DNA of 63,208 bases, counting the filler, from Actinomycetales bacterium (GTDB lineage: Bacteria; Actinomycetota; Actinomycetes; Actinomycetales; CAVURS01): assembly GCA_045807245.1 (NCBI GenBank). It is 4 parts of 4 records of this genome, joined end to end, with 100 filler letters (N's around TTAATTAATTAA, not from the genome) between each part and the next. Parts side by side here need not be neighbours in the genome. Positions count along the whole stretch, not along the records: positions 1 to 17,362 come from JBJMHS010000082.1; 3 more parts are not named here. One strand, 5' to 3'. Below the pieces are notes generated by a model. That model was not told the origin of the DNA and searched no databases. It worked only from the letters and a program-made list of their open reading frames with translations. Positions 1 through 7,725 of the stretch are shown in pieces (position 1 is the first letter of the stretch; the number at the start of each line of letters is the position of its first letter). Position numbers and translations under genes: made by a program.

Positions 1-32
1 AACTCATACCCTACACCAAGCTCTTCCGAACT
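1..32 (+). other. Probable Illumina TruSeq adapter/Read1-primer remnant at contig end (artefact)
   Basis: AACTCATACCCTACACCAAGCTCTTCCGAACT aligns without gaps to adapter CACTCTTTCCCTACACGACGCTCTTCCGATCT at 26/32 positions; far more AT-rich than the flanking DNA. Confidence 0.85.
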
Positions 33-2276
33 CAGCCCGAGCTCGAGCGCGCCCTCGCGCTGCTGGCCGACCCGGACGTCAGGGTCGTGACCCTCGTCGG
101 CCCTGGCGGCATCGGCAAGACCCGGCTGGCCCTGGCCATCGCCGAGCAGGTCGCCGCGACCACGCGCACTGCCGTCGTCCCGCTCTCCACGGTGTCGGAC
201 GAGGACGAGCTGCTGGCCACGGTCGTCCAGGTGCTCGGGTTCGAGCCGGAGTGGCCGGGGCAGGACCTGGTCGACCTGCTCGCCGAAGAGCTCGGCGAGC
301 AGCGCGTCGTCGTGGTCCTCGACAACCTCGAGCAGATGGTGACGGCCTCCCGGCTGGCGCACACCGTGGTCGAGCTGGTGGACCGGATCCCCGGGCTGCG
401 TCTGGTCCTGACCAGCCGGATCGCGCTGCGCCTGCGCGACGAGCACCAGGTGCCGTTGGGACCCCTCGCCGTACCGGCCGCGAACGCGACCGACCCTGAG
501 GAGGTACAGGCGAGCGCATCCGTGCAGCTGTTCGTGGACCGGGCCCGGGCCGTTGCACCGGGGTTCGTCGTGACGGTCGACAACGCGGCCGCGGTTGCGG
601 AGCTGTGCCGGATGCTCGACGGTCAGCCGCTGGCGCTGGAGCTGGCCGCCGCCCGCAGCCGGGTGCTGCCTCCGCAGGACATGGTGCGTCGGACCGGCAA
701 GCTCCTCCTGTTGCTCACCGGCGGCAGCGTCGACCTGCCCGACCGGCAGCGCAGCGTGCGCGCCGCCCTGGACGGAAGTGCGCAGCTGCTGGACGACGCC
801 GAGGCGAGCGTCTTCGCGCAGCTCTCGGTGTTCGTCGGCGGATGGACGCTGTCGGCGGCGGAGCAGGTGTGCGAGTCGGCCGACGACCTCGTCGACGTGC
901 TCGGGCGGCTGGTCGACAAGAGCCTGGTCGTCGCGGACGGCTCGGGTCGGCTGAACATGCTGGAGACCATCCGCGAGTACGCCGCCGAACGGCTGGCGGA
1001 CGCCGGGGTCGAGACGGATCTCCAGGCCCGGCGCCGGCACGTGCGGTACTTCGCCGAGTTCGCGGCCGACGTCGGTTCCACGTTCCTGGCCTCGCCGGAC
1101 GCCGGGCTGCGCGCCCAGCTGGACGACGAGGCCGGCAACCTCACGGCGGCCCTCACCCAGGCCGCCGAGGACCGTGACGACACCAGCTTCGGCCAGCTCG
1201 TCGTCGGGACCCTGAACTACTGGTTCTACACCGGGCGCGTGGCCCAGGGTGAGCGCTGGCTCGCGCTCACCGACCCGTCGCAGCTGCCGGCCGAGCTGCG
1301 CGCCAAGGTCCTCGTCGTCATCGGCAACGTGGCCCTGGTCAAGGGCGACCCGGCCCGCGCCGGCGAGCCCCTCGACGGTGCCGTGGAAGCGGCCCGCGAG
1401 GTCGACGACCCTCTGCTGCTGACCCGGGTGCTGTCGATCCGGGCGCTGTCGCTGCGGCACACGGGCCAGATGACCCGGGCCCTCGCGCATGTCGACGAGG
1501 CGCTGCAGGTGGTGCGCGACGTGCTGGCCTCCGACCCCGACGCTCCGCGGATGGCTCGGCTGCGCGGAATGCTGCAGAACGAGCGCGGCGAGATCCTGGA
1601 CCATCTCGGCTCGACCGCCGAGGCCCGGACGATGTTCGAGGCCTACCGCCAACAGGCGGTGCTGGACAGCGACCACGGTCATCTGGCGTGGGCCCTGATC
1701 AACCTCGCGCTCGGCGAGGCCGACCGCGGCCAGGCGTCGCTGGCCCGCGAGCTCGTCCAGGGCGCGCTGCGGGCGGCCGACGAGGGCGGCTCGACGCCGA
1801 TCCAGGGCGACGCGCAGATGGCGGCCGGGCTGGTCGAGCTGCTGGTCGGCGGCGACGCCCAGGCCGCCGTCCGGTACGAGACCGAGGCCGCGCGGATGCT
1901 GCAGACCTGCGGCCTGCTGCTCACGCTGCCCGACACGGTCAGCCTGCTCGGCGCCGCACTGCTGGCTGCCGGGCATCCCGCGGAGGCCGCCCGCATGTTG
2001 GCGGCGGGGTCCTCCTGGCGGGCCCACCGGGGCCTGGTCACCGTGTCCCGGGCGGCGGCCAGAGCCATCGCCGAGGCGGAGGCGCGGCTGGCCGACGTAC
2101 AGCATGAAGCGGGTCCCGAGCTGTCGCACGCCATCGACGACGAAGCCACCCGCGGTGCGGCGACGTCGTACGGCGTGATCGACACCCTCGAGCTGCCGCC
2201 GGAAGCCGAGGCGGGGGCGCGGGTCCAGATCCACCTCGTGGACCTGAGTCGCAACGCCAGCGGAGTCATTTCATAG
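33..2276 (+). CDS. STAND/NB-ARC-like ATPase with helical TPR-like C-terminus (AfsR/LuxR-ATPase type), 5'-truncated
   Basis: Walker A GPGGIGKT, Walker B VVVLDNLEQ, LTSR sensor, LDGQPLALELAAAR, LVDKSLV and MLETIREYA motifs; frame is open upstream of the ORF-track GTG at 87 to the contig end. Confidence 0.85.
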   Translation, partial: QPELERALALLADPDVRVVTLVGPGGIGKTRLALAIAEQVAATTRTAVVPLSTVSDEDELLATVVQVLGFEPEWPGQDLVDLLAEELGEQRVVVVLDNLEQMVTASRLAHTVVELVDRIPGLRLVLTSRIALRLRDEHQVPLGPLAVPAANATDPEEVQASASVQLFVDRARAVAPGFVVTVDNAAAVAELCRMLDGQPLALELAAARSRVLPPQDMVRRTGKLLLLLTGGSVDLPDRQRSVRAALDGSAQLLDDAEASVFAQLSVFVGGWTLSAAEQVCESADDLVDVLGRLVDKSLVVADGSGRLNMLETIREYAAERLADAGVETDLQARRRHVRYFAEFAADVGSTFLASPDAGLRAQLDDEAGNLTAALTQAAEDRDDTSFGQLVVGTLNYWFYTGRVAQGERWLALTDPSQLPAELRAKVLVVIGNVALVKGDPARAGEPLDGAVEAAREVDDPLLLTRVLSIRALSLRHTGQMTRALAHVDEALQVVRDVLASDPDAPRMARLRGMLQNERGEILDHLGSTAEARTMFEAYRQQAVLDSDHGHLAWALINLALGEADRGQASLARELVQGALRAADEGGSTPIQGDAQMAAGLVELLVGGDAQAAVRYETEAARMLQTCGLLLTLPDTVSLLGAALLAAGHPAEAARMLAAGSSWRAHRGLVTVSRAAARAIAEAEARLADVQHEAGPELSHAIDDEATRGAATSYGVIDTLELPPEAEAGARVQIHLVDLSRNASGVIS

Positions 2277-2321
2277 CGGTCTGGCCGCTTCTGTCCGGCC
2301 CACGGCCGGGCCCGGGAAGGT

Positions 2322-2347
2322 TCAGGTCGGCACCCGAATGGTCGATA
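2322..2347 (+). promoter_or_regulatory. Putative sigma28 (FliA/WhiG-type) promoter, leaderless, for the EAL-HDOD gene
   Basis: TCAG-N15-GTCGATA, with ATG 7 nt after the -10 element. Confidence 0.6.
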
Positions 2348-2354
2348 CCTGCGT

Positions 2355-3629
2355 ATGGACGCCGAACCTTCGGCCCCATCGAACGAGCGCCGGGAACTCG
2401 GCGCCCGGGCCGGCACAGAGTTGGAGACACCGTTGACCACGGGCGAGCACACTCCCGTCGTTCGGGTTGCGCGACAGAGCATCGTCAACCGGCACCGCGT
2501 GCTGCAGGCGTATGAGCTCTTGTTCCGCGGCACGGTCGACGAGGCGCGCGGTTTCGACGGCACGGAGGCGAGCGCGACCTCCCTGGTGACCGCCATGCTC
2601 GACATCGGCTGGGACCGCCTGCGCGGCGGCCACTCGCTGTACCTCAACGTCGACGAGGGGTTCCTGCTGTCCCGGCTGGTGCACGTCGCACCGCCTGAGA
2701 CGACGGTGGTCGAGCTGGTCGGCGGCGTCGTCGACAGCCCCGAGGTCCTGTCTGCGGTCGAGGAGCTCAAGAGCATGGGCTTCCGGATCGCCATCGACGA
2801 CTTCATGGGCCAGGACGACGTCGAGCAGCTGCTCGGGCTGGCGGACGTCGTCAAGGTCGACCGCCTGGACATCGCTCTCGACGAGCTGACCGCGCTGGTC
2901 GAGCTCGTCCACCGCCGCAACGCCGTCGCCTTGGCCGAGCGGGTCGAGGACGAGGAGACCTTCCAGCGTTGCCTCGAGGCCGGCTTCGACCTGTTCGAGG
3001 GTTACCTGTTCGACCGCCCCCAGCCGCAGGCCGGTGGCGTGACCGCCAGCCAGGCCGTGGCGATGCAGCTCGCCGCCGTACTGCACGAGGACTCCCCTGA
3101 CCCGGCCGAGATCGAGCGGCTGCTGCGAGCGGACGTGGGCCTGAGCTACCGCGTGCTGCGGCTGGCCAACAGCGCCGCCGCCGGGCTGTCCCGCGAAGTG
3201 AGCTCGCTGCGCCAGGCCATCGTGCTGGTCGGTCCGCGGGCCCTGGCCGGCTGGGTCAGCCTGATGATGCTGTCCGACAGCGGACAGACCTCGGCGGCCA
3301 TCGACAACGTGCTCATCGCCTCGCGCATGTGCGAGCTGCTCGCGAGCGCCGAGGGCGGCGACGGCAACTCGGCCTTCCTGGTCGGCCTGCTGGACGGCGT
3401 CGCGCCGATCCTCGGCTGCACCAAGGAGGAGGTCCTCGACACCGTCGGGGCCGCCGCCAACATCCGGGCGGCCGTCCTGGGTCACGACGGTGAGCTCGGT
3501 CTGGCCCTGCGCCGGACCCAGCGCTACCTGACCGGCGCGCCGTTCGGCCAGGACGAGTCGTGGCCGGCATACCTGGAGGCGCTCGGCTGGCTCAACTCGC
3601 TGCCGCGCTCGGCCGCCACCGTCGGCTGA
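2355..3629 (+). CDS. EAL + HDOD domain protein (YuxH/PdeH-like c-di-GMP phosphodiesterase-related)
   Basis: RQSIVN..AYELLFR, IAIDDF, VKVD, LAERVE, FEGYLF; C-terminal HDOD signature D.GLSYRVLRLANSA..SSLRQAIVLVG, AFLVGLL. Confidence 0.9.
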   Translation: MDAEPSAPSNERRELGARAGTELETPLTTGEHTPVVRVARQSIVNRHRVLQAYELLFRGTVDEARGFDGTEASATSLVTAMLDIGWDRLRGGHSLYLNVDEGFLLSRLVHVAPPETTVVELVGGVVDSPEVLSAVEELKSMGFRIAIDDFMGQDDVEQLLGLADVVKVDRLDIALDELTALVELVHRRNAVALAERVEDEETFQRCLEAGFDLFEGYLFDRPQPQAGGVTASQAVAMQLAAVLHEDSPDPAEIERLLRADVGLSYRVLRLANSAAAGLSREVSSLRQAIVLVGPRALAGWVSLMMLSDSGQTSAAIDNVLIASRMCELLASAEGGDGNSAFLVGLLDGVAPILGCTKEEVLDTVGAAANIRAAVLGHDGELGLALRRTQRYLTGAPFGQDESWPAYLEALGWLNSLPRSAATVG

Positions 3630-3736
3630 GCCGCACCTGACAGTGCGTCGTGCGTCCGCCGAGACTCGCCGGCTCCGTGGCGCGGCACGCCGGCGGGTCG
3701 GCATCTCGCCACGACGGAGTGTCTGGACGCGCAGTG

Positions 3737-3991
3737 CTAGCGACCGGCGCGCGGCTGCCGGTTCTTGGCCGCTTGCGAGAGCAGGGCGGTGAGCTCCTCC
3801 TGCTGTGACCCGGCGGCTGCGGCCTGGTTGGCGGCGACCAGCTCGCGGTACAGCTCCTCGCGATAGATCCGCACTGCCGTGGGCGCCTCGACGCCGAGCC
3901 GTACGACGTCACCTCTGACCTCGACCACCTTGACGATGATGTCGTCACCGATGACGACGCTCTCGCCGACGCTCCGGGTCAGGACCAGCAC
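3737..3991 (-). CDS. csrA: Carbon storage regulator CsrA (translational repressor)
   Basis: MLVLTRSVGESVVIGDDIIVKVVEVRGDVVRLGVEAP..VRIYREELY is the CsrA signature; last gene of the flagellar cluster. Confidence 0.97.
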   Translation of the reverse strand: MLVLTRSVGESVVIGDDIIVKVVEVRGDVVRLGVEAPTAVRIYREELYRELVAANQAAAAGSQQEELTALLSQAAKNRQPRAGR

Positions 3992-4003
3992 CGCGCCAGC
4001 ATA
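3992..4003 (-). promoter_or_regulatory. Putative leaderless housekeeping -10 element for csrA
   Basis: Minus strand TATGCT-N6-GTG; no Shine-Dalgarno. Confidence 0.5.
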
Positions 4004-4028
4004 GGTGGAGCGAGCCTCGCCGCCGTCG

Positions 4029-4244
4029 CTAGACGTCGTCGCGGCGACGCTGCAGGTGGCCCTCGTCCCGGACCGGCGCGGGCGCCGTCACCCGGCGCAG
4101 CACGGCCGTGCCGGCGGCGACCACGAAGAAGGCCGCGAGCAGGCGCAGCATGGCGGCGCCGAACCCGAGCGAGCCGTTGGCGGCAGACCACAGCGCCGGC
4201 GACGCGATGAGGAGCGCCAGGACCAGGCCGAGCGGGGTCAGCAT
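4029..4244 (-). CDS. Small two-TM membrane protein (71 aa), unknown function
   Basis: MLTPLGLVLALLIASPALW..AMLRLLAAFFVVAAGTAVLRR; ATG at 4244 overlaps the end of the upstream FlhF-like gene (ATGCTGA). Confidence 0.75.
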   Translation of the reverse strand: MLTPLGLVLALLIASPALWSAANGSLGFGAAMLRLLAAFFVVAAGTAVLRRVTAPAPVRDEGHLQRRRDDV

Positions 4245-5542
4245 CGGTGCTCGCCCACCCGCGACATGGCGTCCACGAGGAGGCCGATCCAGCGTCCGGT
4301 GGTTGCGAACCGCCCGTCGACCCAGCACACCGGCAGCGGGATCTCGAACGCCGCAGCCGGAGCGGCCGATCCGGCCACACGGTCGAGAGCGAGTCCGTCG
4401 ACGTCGATCTGGGCGGCGGCCAAGGCGTCGACCGCGGCCAGGCCGGCCTGCATGTCCTCGTCGGCCGCCGCTGCGACCAGCACGTGCTGCGGCTCCAGCC
4501 GCTTCACCAGCTCGGCCACGCGGTCGGCCGAGTGCCGGCCGTGACCAGGGTCCACGACGACGATGCTCACGCCGTACGCCTGGCGTGACTCGCGGACCAG
4601 CTCCACTGCGGCCGCGTGGCTGCGCACTGACTGTCCGGGTGGGAGCGCGTCGCCCACCACGGCCGCCACGGCCAGCACCGCGGCGTCGTCGATCTCGAGC
4701 TCGCGCACGAGCCCGCGGACCGTCGTCTCGGCGACGGCCCAGGAGCCGACCACGACGACCAGTGCCCCGCCGCGGGTCGCGGACGGCGTCCAGGCCGGCT
4801 GCCGAGGCTCGGCTGCGGCTTCGACCAGGTCGCGCAGTGCGAGCAGCGGCTCCGAGCTGGCGATCTTGGCCAGCAGCGGCGCGGGCACGCCGATCGCGGC
4901 CAGCTGCTCGCGGCAGCGGCTGAGGTCCTTGACCATGCGCTCGAAGACCGGTTCGCGCGGCGCCGCGACGGGTGCGGCGACGCTTGCCGCGATGGGCGCC
5001 TCGACATGTGTCGCGAAGGGCGCCTCCGGCGCGGTCCGAGGCTCGGGGACCACGGCCTCGAACGCCGGGTGCACCTGCTGCTCGGTGAGGTTCTGGGTCA
5101 GCGACCTCAGGACGGCGGAGAACGCGGTGCCCTCGGTGGACACCGGCCGGTGCCAGCCCGGCGTGGTCGGGACGAAAGACGTTGCGGCACCGTCGGTCTC
5201 GACGAGGAGCGTCCCGCCGATCTCGGTCTGGTCCGCGCTCTCCGCGGCGGTCAGCAGAGCGTCGATCGCGTTGGTCGGAGTGCTCTGGTAGCCCGCCGAC
5301 GTGGCGCGCGGTTCGAACGTCGGCTGGTACGGCGGGTCCGCCACGACATCGTCGGCTGCCACGAGCGGGTCCTCGTCGACCTCCACGGTTACCTCGTACC
5401 GGCGCTTGGCGAAGAAGCCGGCGAAGCCACCGCTGCGCACCAGCTCGGCCTGGATGATCCTGGCGTCCGGCCCATGGTCATCGCGCAGTCGCGCGAGGAC
5501 GGACTCGATGTCCTCACCCTCAAGCAACAAGTGCGTCGGCAT
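4238..5542 (-). CDS. flhF: FlhF-like protein with degenerate SRP-GTPase domain
   Basis: FlhF-type N-terminus (LARLRDDHGPDARIIQAELVRSGGFAGFFAKRRYEVTV), position directly after flhA; G1/G3/G4 motifs not canonical. Confidence 0.7.
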   Translation of the reverse strand: MPTHLLLEGEDIESVLARLRDDHGPDARIIQAELVRSGGFAGFFAKRRYEVTVEVDEDPLVAADDVVADPPYQPTFEPRATSAGYQSTPTNAIDALLTAAESADQTEIGGTLLVETDGAATSFVPTTPGWHRPVSTEGTAFSAVLRSLTQNLTEQQVHPAFEAVVPEPRTAPEAPFATHVEAPIAASVAAPVAAPREPVFERMVKDLSRCREQLAAIGVPAPLLAKIASSEPLLALRDLVEAAAEPRQPAWTPSATRGGALVVVVGSWAVAETTVRGLVRELEIDDAAVLAVAAVVGDALPPGQSVRSHAAAVELVRESRQAYGVSIVVVDPGHGRHSADRVAELVKRLEPQHVLVAAAADEDMQAGLAAVDALAAAQIDVDGLALDRVAGSAAPAAAFEIPLPVCWVDGRFATTGRWIGLLVDAMSRVGEHRC

Positions 5543-7565
5543 GTGCGATCACTCCCAGGGTCTCGATCCGAAGGGTGGGGTCGATCTCGGCGTACGACAG
5601 GACGGGCAGGCGGGGCGCGCTCGTGCGCAGCAGCCGGCTCAGGGGCGCCCGCAAGGGGGCCGCGCAGACCAGCACCGGCGAGTGGCCGAGGTCCTCGGCC
5701 GCGCGCAGTTTCGTGGCGGCGGAGTCGACGAGATGTTCGACGGTGCCCGGAGGCAGCGCGAGGCCGGAACCGAGGTCACCCGGGCGGATGGCCTCGACCA
5801 GCTGCTGCTCGGCCAGCGGCTCGATCGTGAGCACCTGGAGCAGACCGTTGCGGGCGTGTATCGACGCGAGGGCCGGGCCGAGCGAGATCCGCGCCGCCTC
5901 GACCAGGCCGTCGAGATCGGTCGAGACCTTCGCCCGCAGCGACAGCGACTCGAAGATCCGGACCAGGTCTCGGATCGGCACCTGCTCGTCGAGCAGTGCT
6001 TGCAGCACGCGCTGGATCTCACCGGTCGTGAGGAGGGCGGGCGTCAGCTCCTCGACGACGATCGGGTGCGTGCGCTTGAGATGGTCGAGCAGCGCGCGGA
6101 CGTCCTCACGCCCGAGCAGGCGGCTGGCGTGCTGTCGCACGACCTCGCCGAGGTGGGTGATGAGGACCGACGAGCGGTCGACCACGGTCGCGCCGTACAG
6201 CTCGGCCTGCTGGCGCAGCTCGGTCGGCACCCACTTGGCCGCCAGCCCGAAGACCGGCTCGCGCGTGTCCTGACCCGGCAGCGCCGAGAGGTCCTCACCG
6301 ATGGCCAGGATGTGCCCGGCCGGCAGGCGGCCGGACGCGACCTCGACGCCGCTGATCCGTACCGAGTACGCCGCGGGGTCGAGCTCGAGGCTGTCACGGG
6401 TGCGGACCGGCGGCATGACCAGACCGAGCTCGTCCGCGACCTTGCGGCGCAGGGCGCGGACGCGGTCGAGCAGGTCGCCGCCGCGCGAGGTGTCGACCAG
6501 GTCGACCAGGTCGGCGGCGAGAACGATCTCGAGCACATCGACGGACAGCGTGGACAGCACGGCCTCGGGCGTGTCCAGCGCCGGCGGTGGTGCGTCGGCG
6601 GTCAGCGGTGCGGCCTCGCGGGCCTTCGCCGACGCCGAGACCCGTTGCGCGATCAGCAGAACGCCCGAGCCCACGATGAGGAACGGCAGCTTGGGCAGCC
6701 CGGGAATGACCGCCATCCCGATGGCGGCGGCGCCCGCGACGTACAGGGCCCGGGGGTGGGCCGCGAGCTGGTTCGCCGCGTCGGTGCCCATGTCGTCCTG
6801 CGTCGTCGCGCGGGTGACGATGAGACCGGTGGAGACCGAGAGCAGCAGGGCGGGAATCTGCGACACCAGGCCGTCGCCGATGCTCAAGAGGCTGTACGTC
6901 GACAGGGCCTCCTGCGGGCTCATCTGCCGCTGCAGCATGCCGATGGCGAAGCCGCCGACCAGGTTGATGATCGTGATGACGATCGCCGCGATGGCGTCGC
7001 CCTTGACGAACTTGCTGCCACCGTCCATGGCGCCGTAGAAGTCGGCTTCGGCGCCGACCTCGGCCCGGCGCCGGCGCGCCTCGTGCTCGTCGATCAGGCC
7101 CGAGTTCAGGTCGGCGTCGATCGCCATCTGCTTGCCGGGCATGGCGTCGAGGGTGAAGCGGGCACCAACCTCGGCGACGCGACCGGCACCGTTCGTGATG
7201 ACAGCGAACTGGATGACGATGAGGATCAGGAAGATCACCAGCCCGATCACCAGCGACCCACCGACCACGAAGTGGCCGAACGAGTTGATGACCTTGCCGG
7301 CGTACCCGTCTCTGAGGACGAGCCGGGTCGCGGCGACGTTGAGCCCCAGGCGCAGCAACGTGGCGACGAGCAGCAGGGAGGGGAAGACCGAGAAGTCCAG
7401 CGGCCGCTTCACGGAGATCGCGACCAGCAGCACGATGATGGCGAAGGTGATGTTGAACGCGATCAGCAGGTCGAGCAGGACCGAAGGGAGCGGTACGACG
7501 AGCAGCAGGACGACCGCAACCACACCGACCGGGACGGCCAGGTGGGACAGACGGCGGGTAGGCAC
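5520..7565 (-). CDS. flhA: Flagellar export gate protein FlhA
   Basis: FHIPEP motif RVAEVGARFTLDAMPGKQMAIDADLNSG, FYGAMDGGSKFVKGDAIA; start placed at GTG 7565 after a GAGGGAG SD. Confidence 0.97.
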   Translation of the reverse strand: MPTRRLSHLAVPVGVVAVVLLLVVPLPSVLLDLLIAFNITFAIIVLLVAISVKRPLDFSVFPSLLLVATLLRLGLNVAATRLVLRDGYAGKVINSFGHFVVGGSLVIGLVIFLILIVIQFAVITNGAGRVAEVGARFTLDAMPGKQMAIDADLNSGLIDEHEARRRRAEVGAEADFYGAMDGGSKFVKGDAIAAIVITIINLVGGFAIGMLQRQMSPQEALSTYSLLSIGDGLVSQIPALLLSVSTGLIVTRATTQDDMGTDAANQLAAHPRALYVAGAAAIGMAVIPGLPKLPFLIVGSGVLLIAQRVSASAKAREAAPLTADAPPPALDTPEAVLSTLSVDVLEIVLAADLVDLVDTSRGGDLLDRVRALRRKVADELGLVMPPVRTRDSLELDPAAYSVRISGVEVASGRLPAGHILAIGEDLSALPGQDTREPVFGLAAKWVPTELRQQAELYGATVVDRSSVLITHLGEVVRQHASRLLGREDVRALLDHLKRTHPIVVEELTPALLTTGEIQRVLQALLDEQVPIRDLVRIFESLSLRAKVSTDLDGLVEAARISLGPALASIHARNGLLQVLTIEPLAEQQLVEAIRPGDLGSGLALPPGTVEHLVDSAATKLRAAEDLGHSPVLVCAAPLRAPLSRLLRTSAPRLPVLSYAEIDPTLRIETLGVIAHADALVA

Positions 7566-7589
7566 CGGCCGGGCTCCCTCGCAGGACAT

Positions 7590-7648
7590 GGCCGGTCCGT
7601 GGCCGTTGCTGTCGCCGTCTTGGCTTTTAGGCACGACGCATCCGCGCG
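7590..7648 (-). promoter_or_regulatory. Putative CsrA-binding GGA hairpins in the flhA leader
   Basis: mRNA sense: CGC-GCGGAU-GCG (7648-7637), GCC-AAGAC-GGC (7624-7614, degenerate), GGCC-ACGGACC-GGCC (7604-7590). Confidence 0.55.
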
Positions 7649-7675
7649 GCGCGCTTCCCCTGCGGCTTCTTCTCC

Positions 7676-7701
7676 TTCGGCAGCACCCCCGGCGGACTTG
7701 A
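7676..7701 (-). promoter_or_regulatory. Putative sigma28 promoter for flhA-flhF-orf71-csrA
   Basis: Minus strand TCAA-N16-GCCGAA in the flhB-flhA intergenic region. Confidence 0.7.
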
Positions 7702-7725
7702 CCGTCCGCCGGAATTGCCCGGCAG

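Noticed and set aside
33..2276. Avs/NLR-type antiphage system
   Set aside because: Motifs fit the common actinobacterial regulatory ATPase family; no effector domain or defence-island context is visible, although the N-terminus is missing
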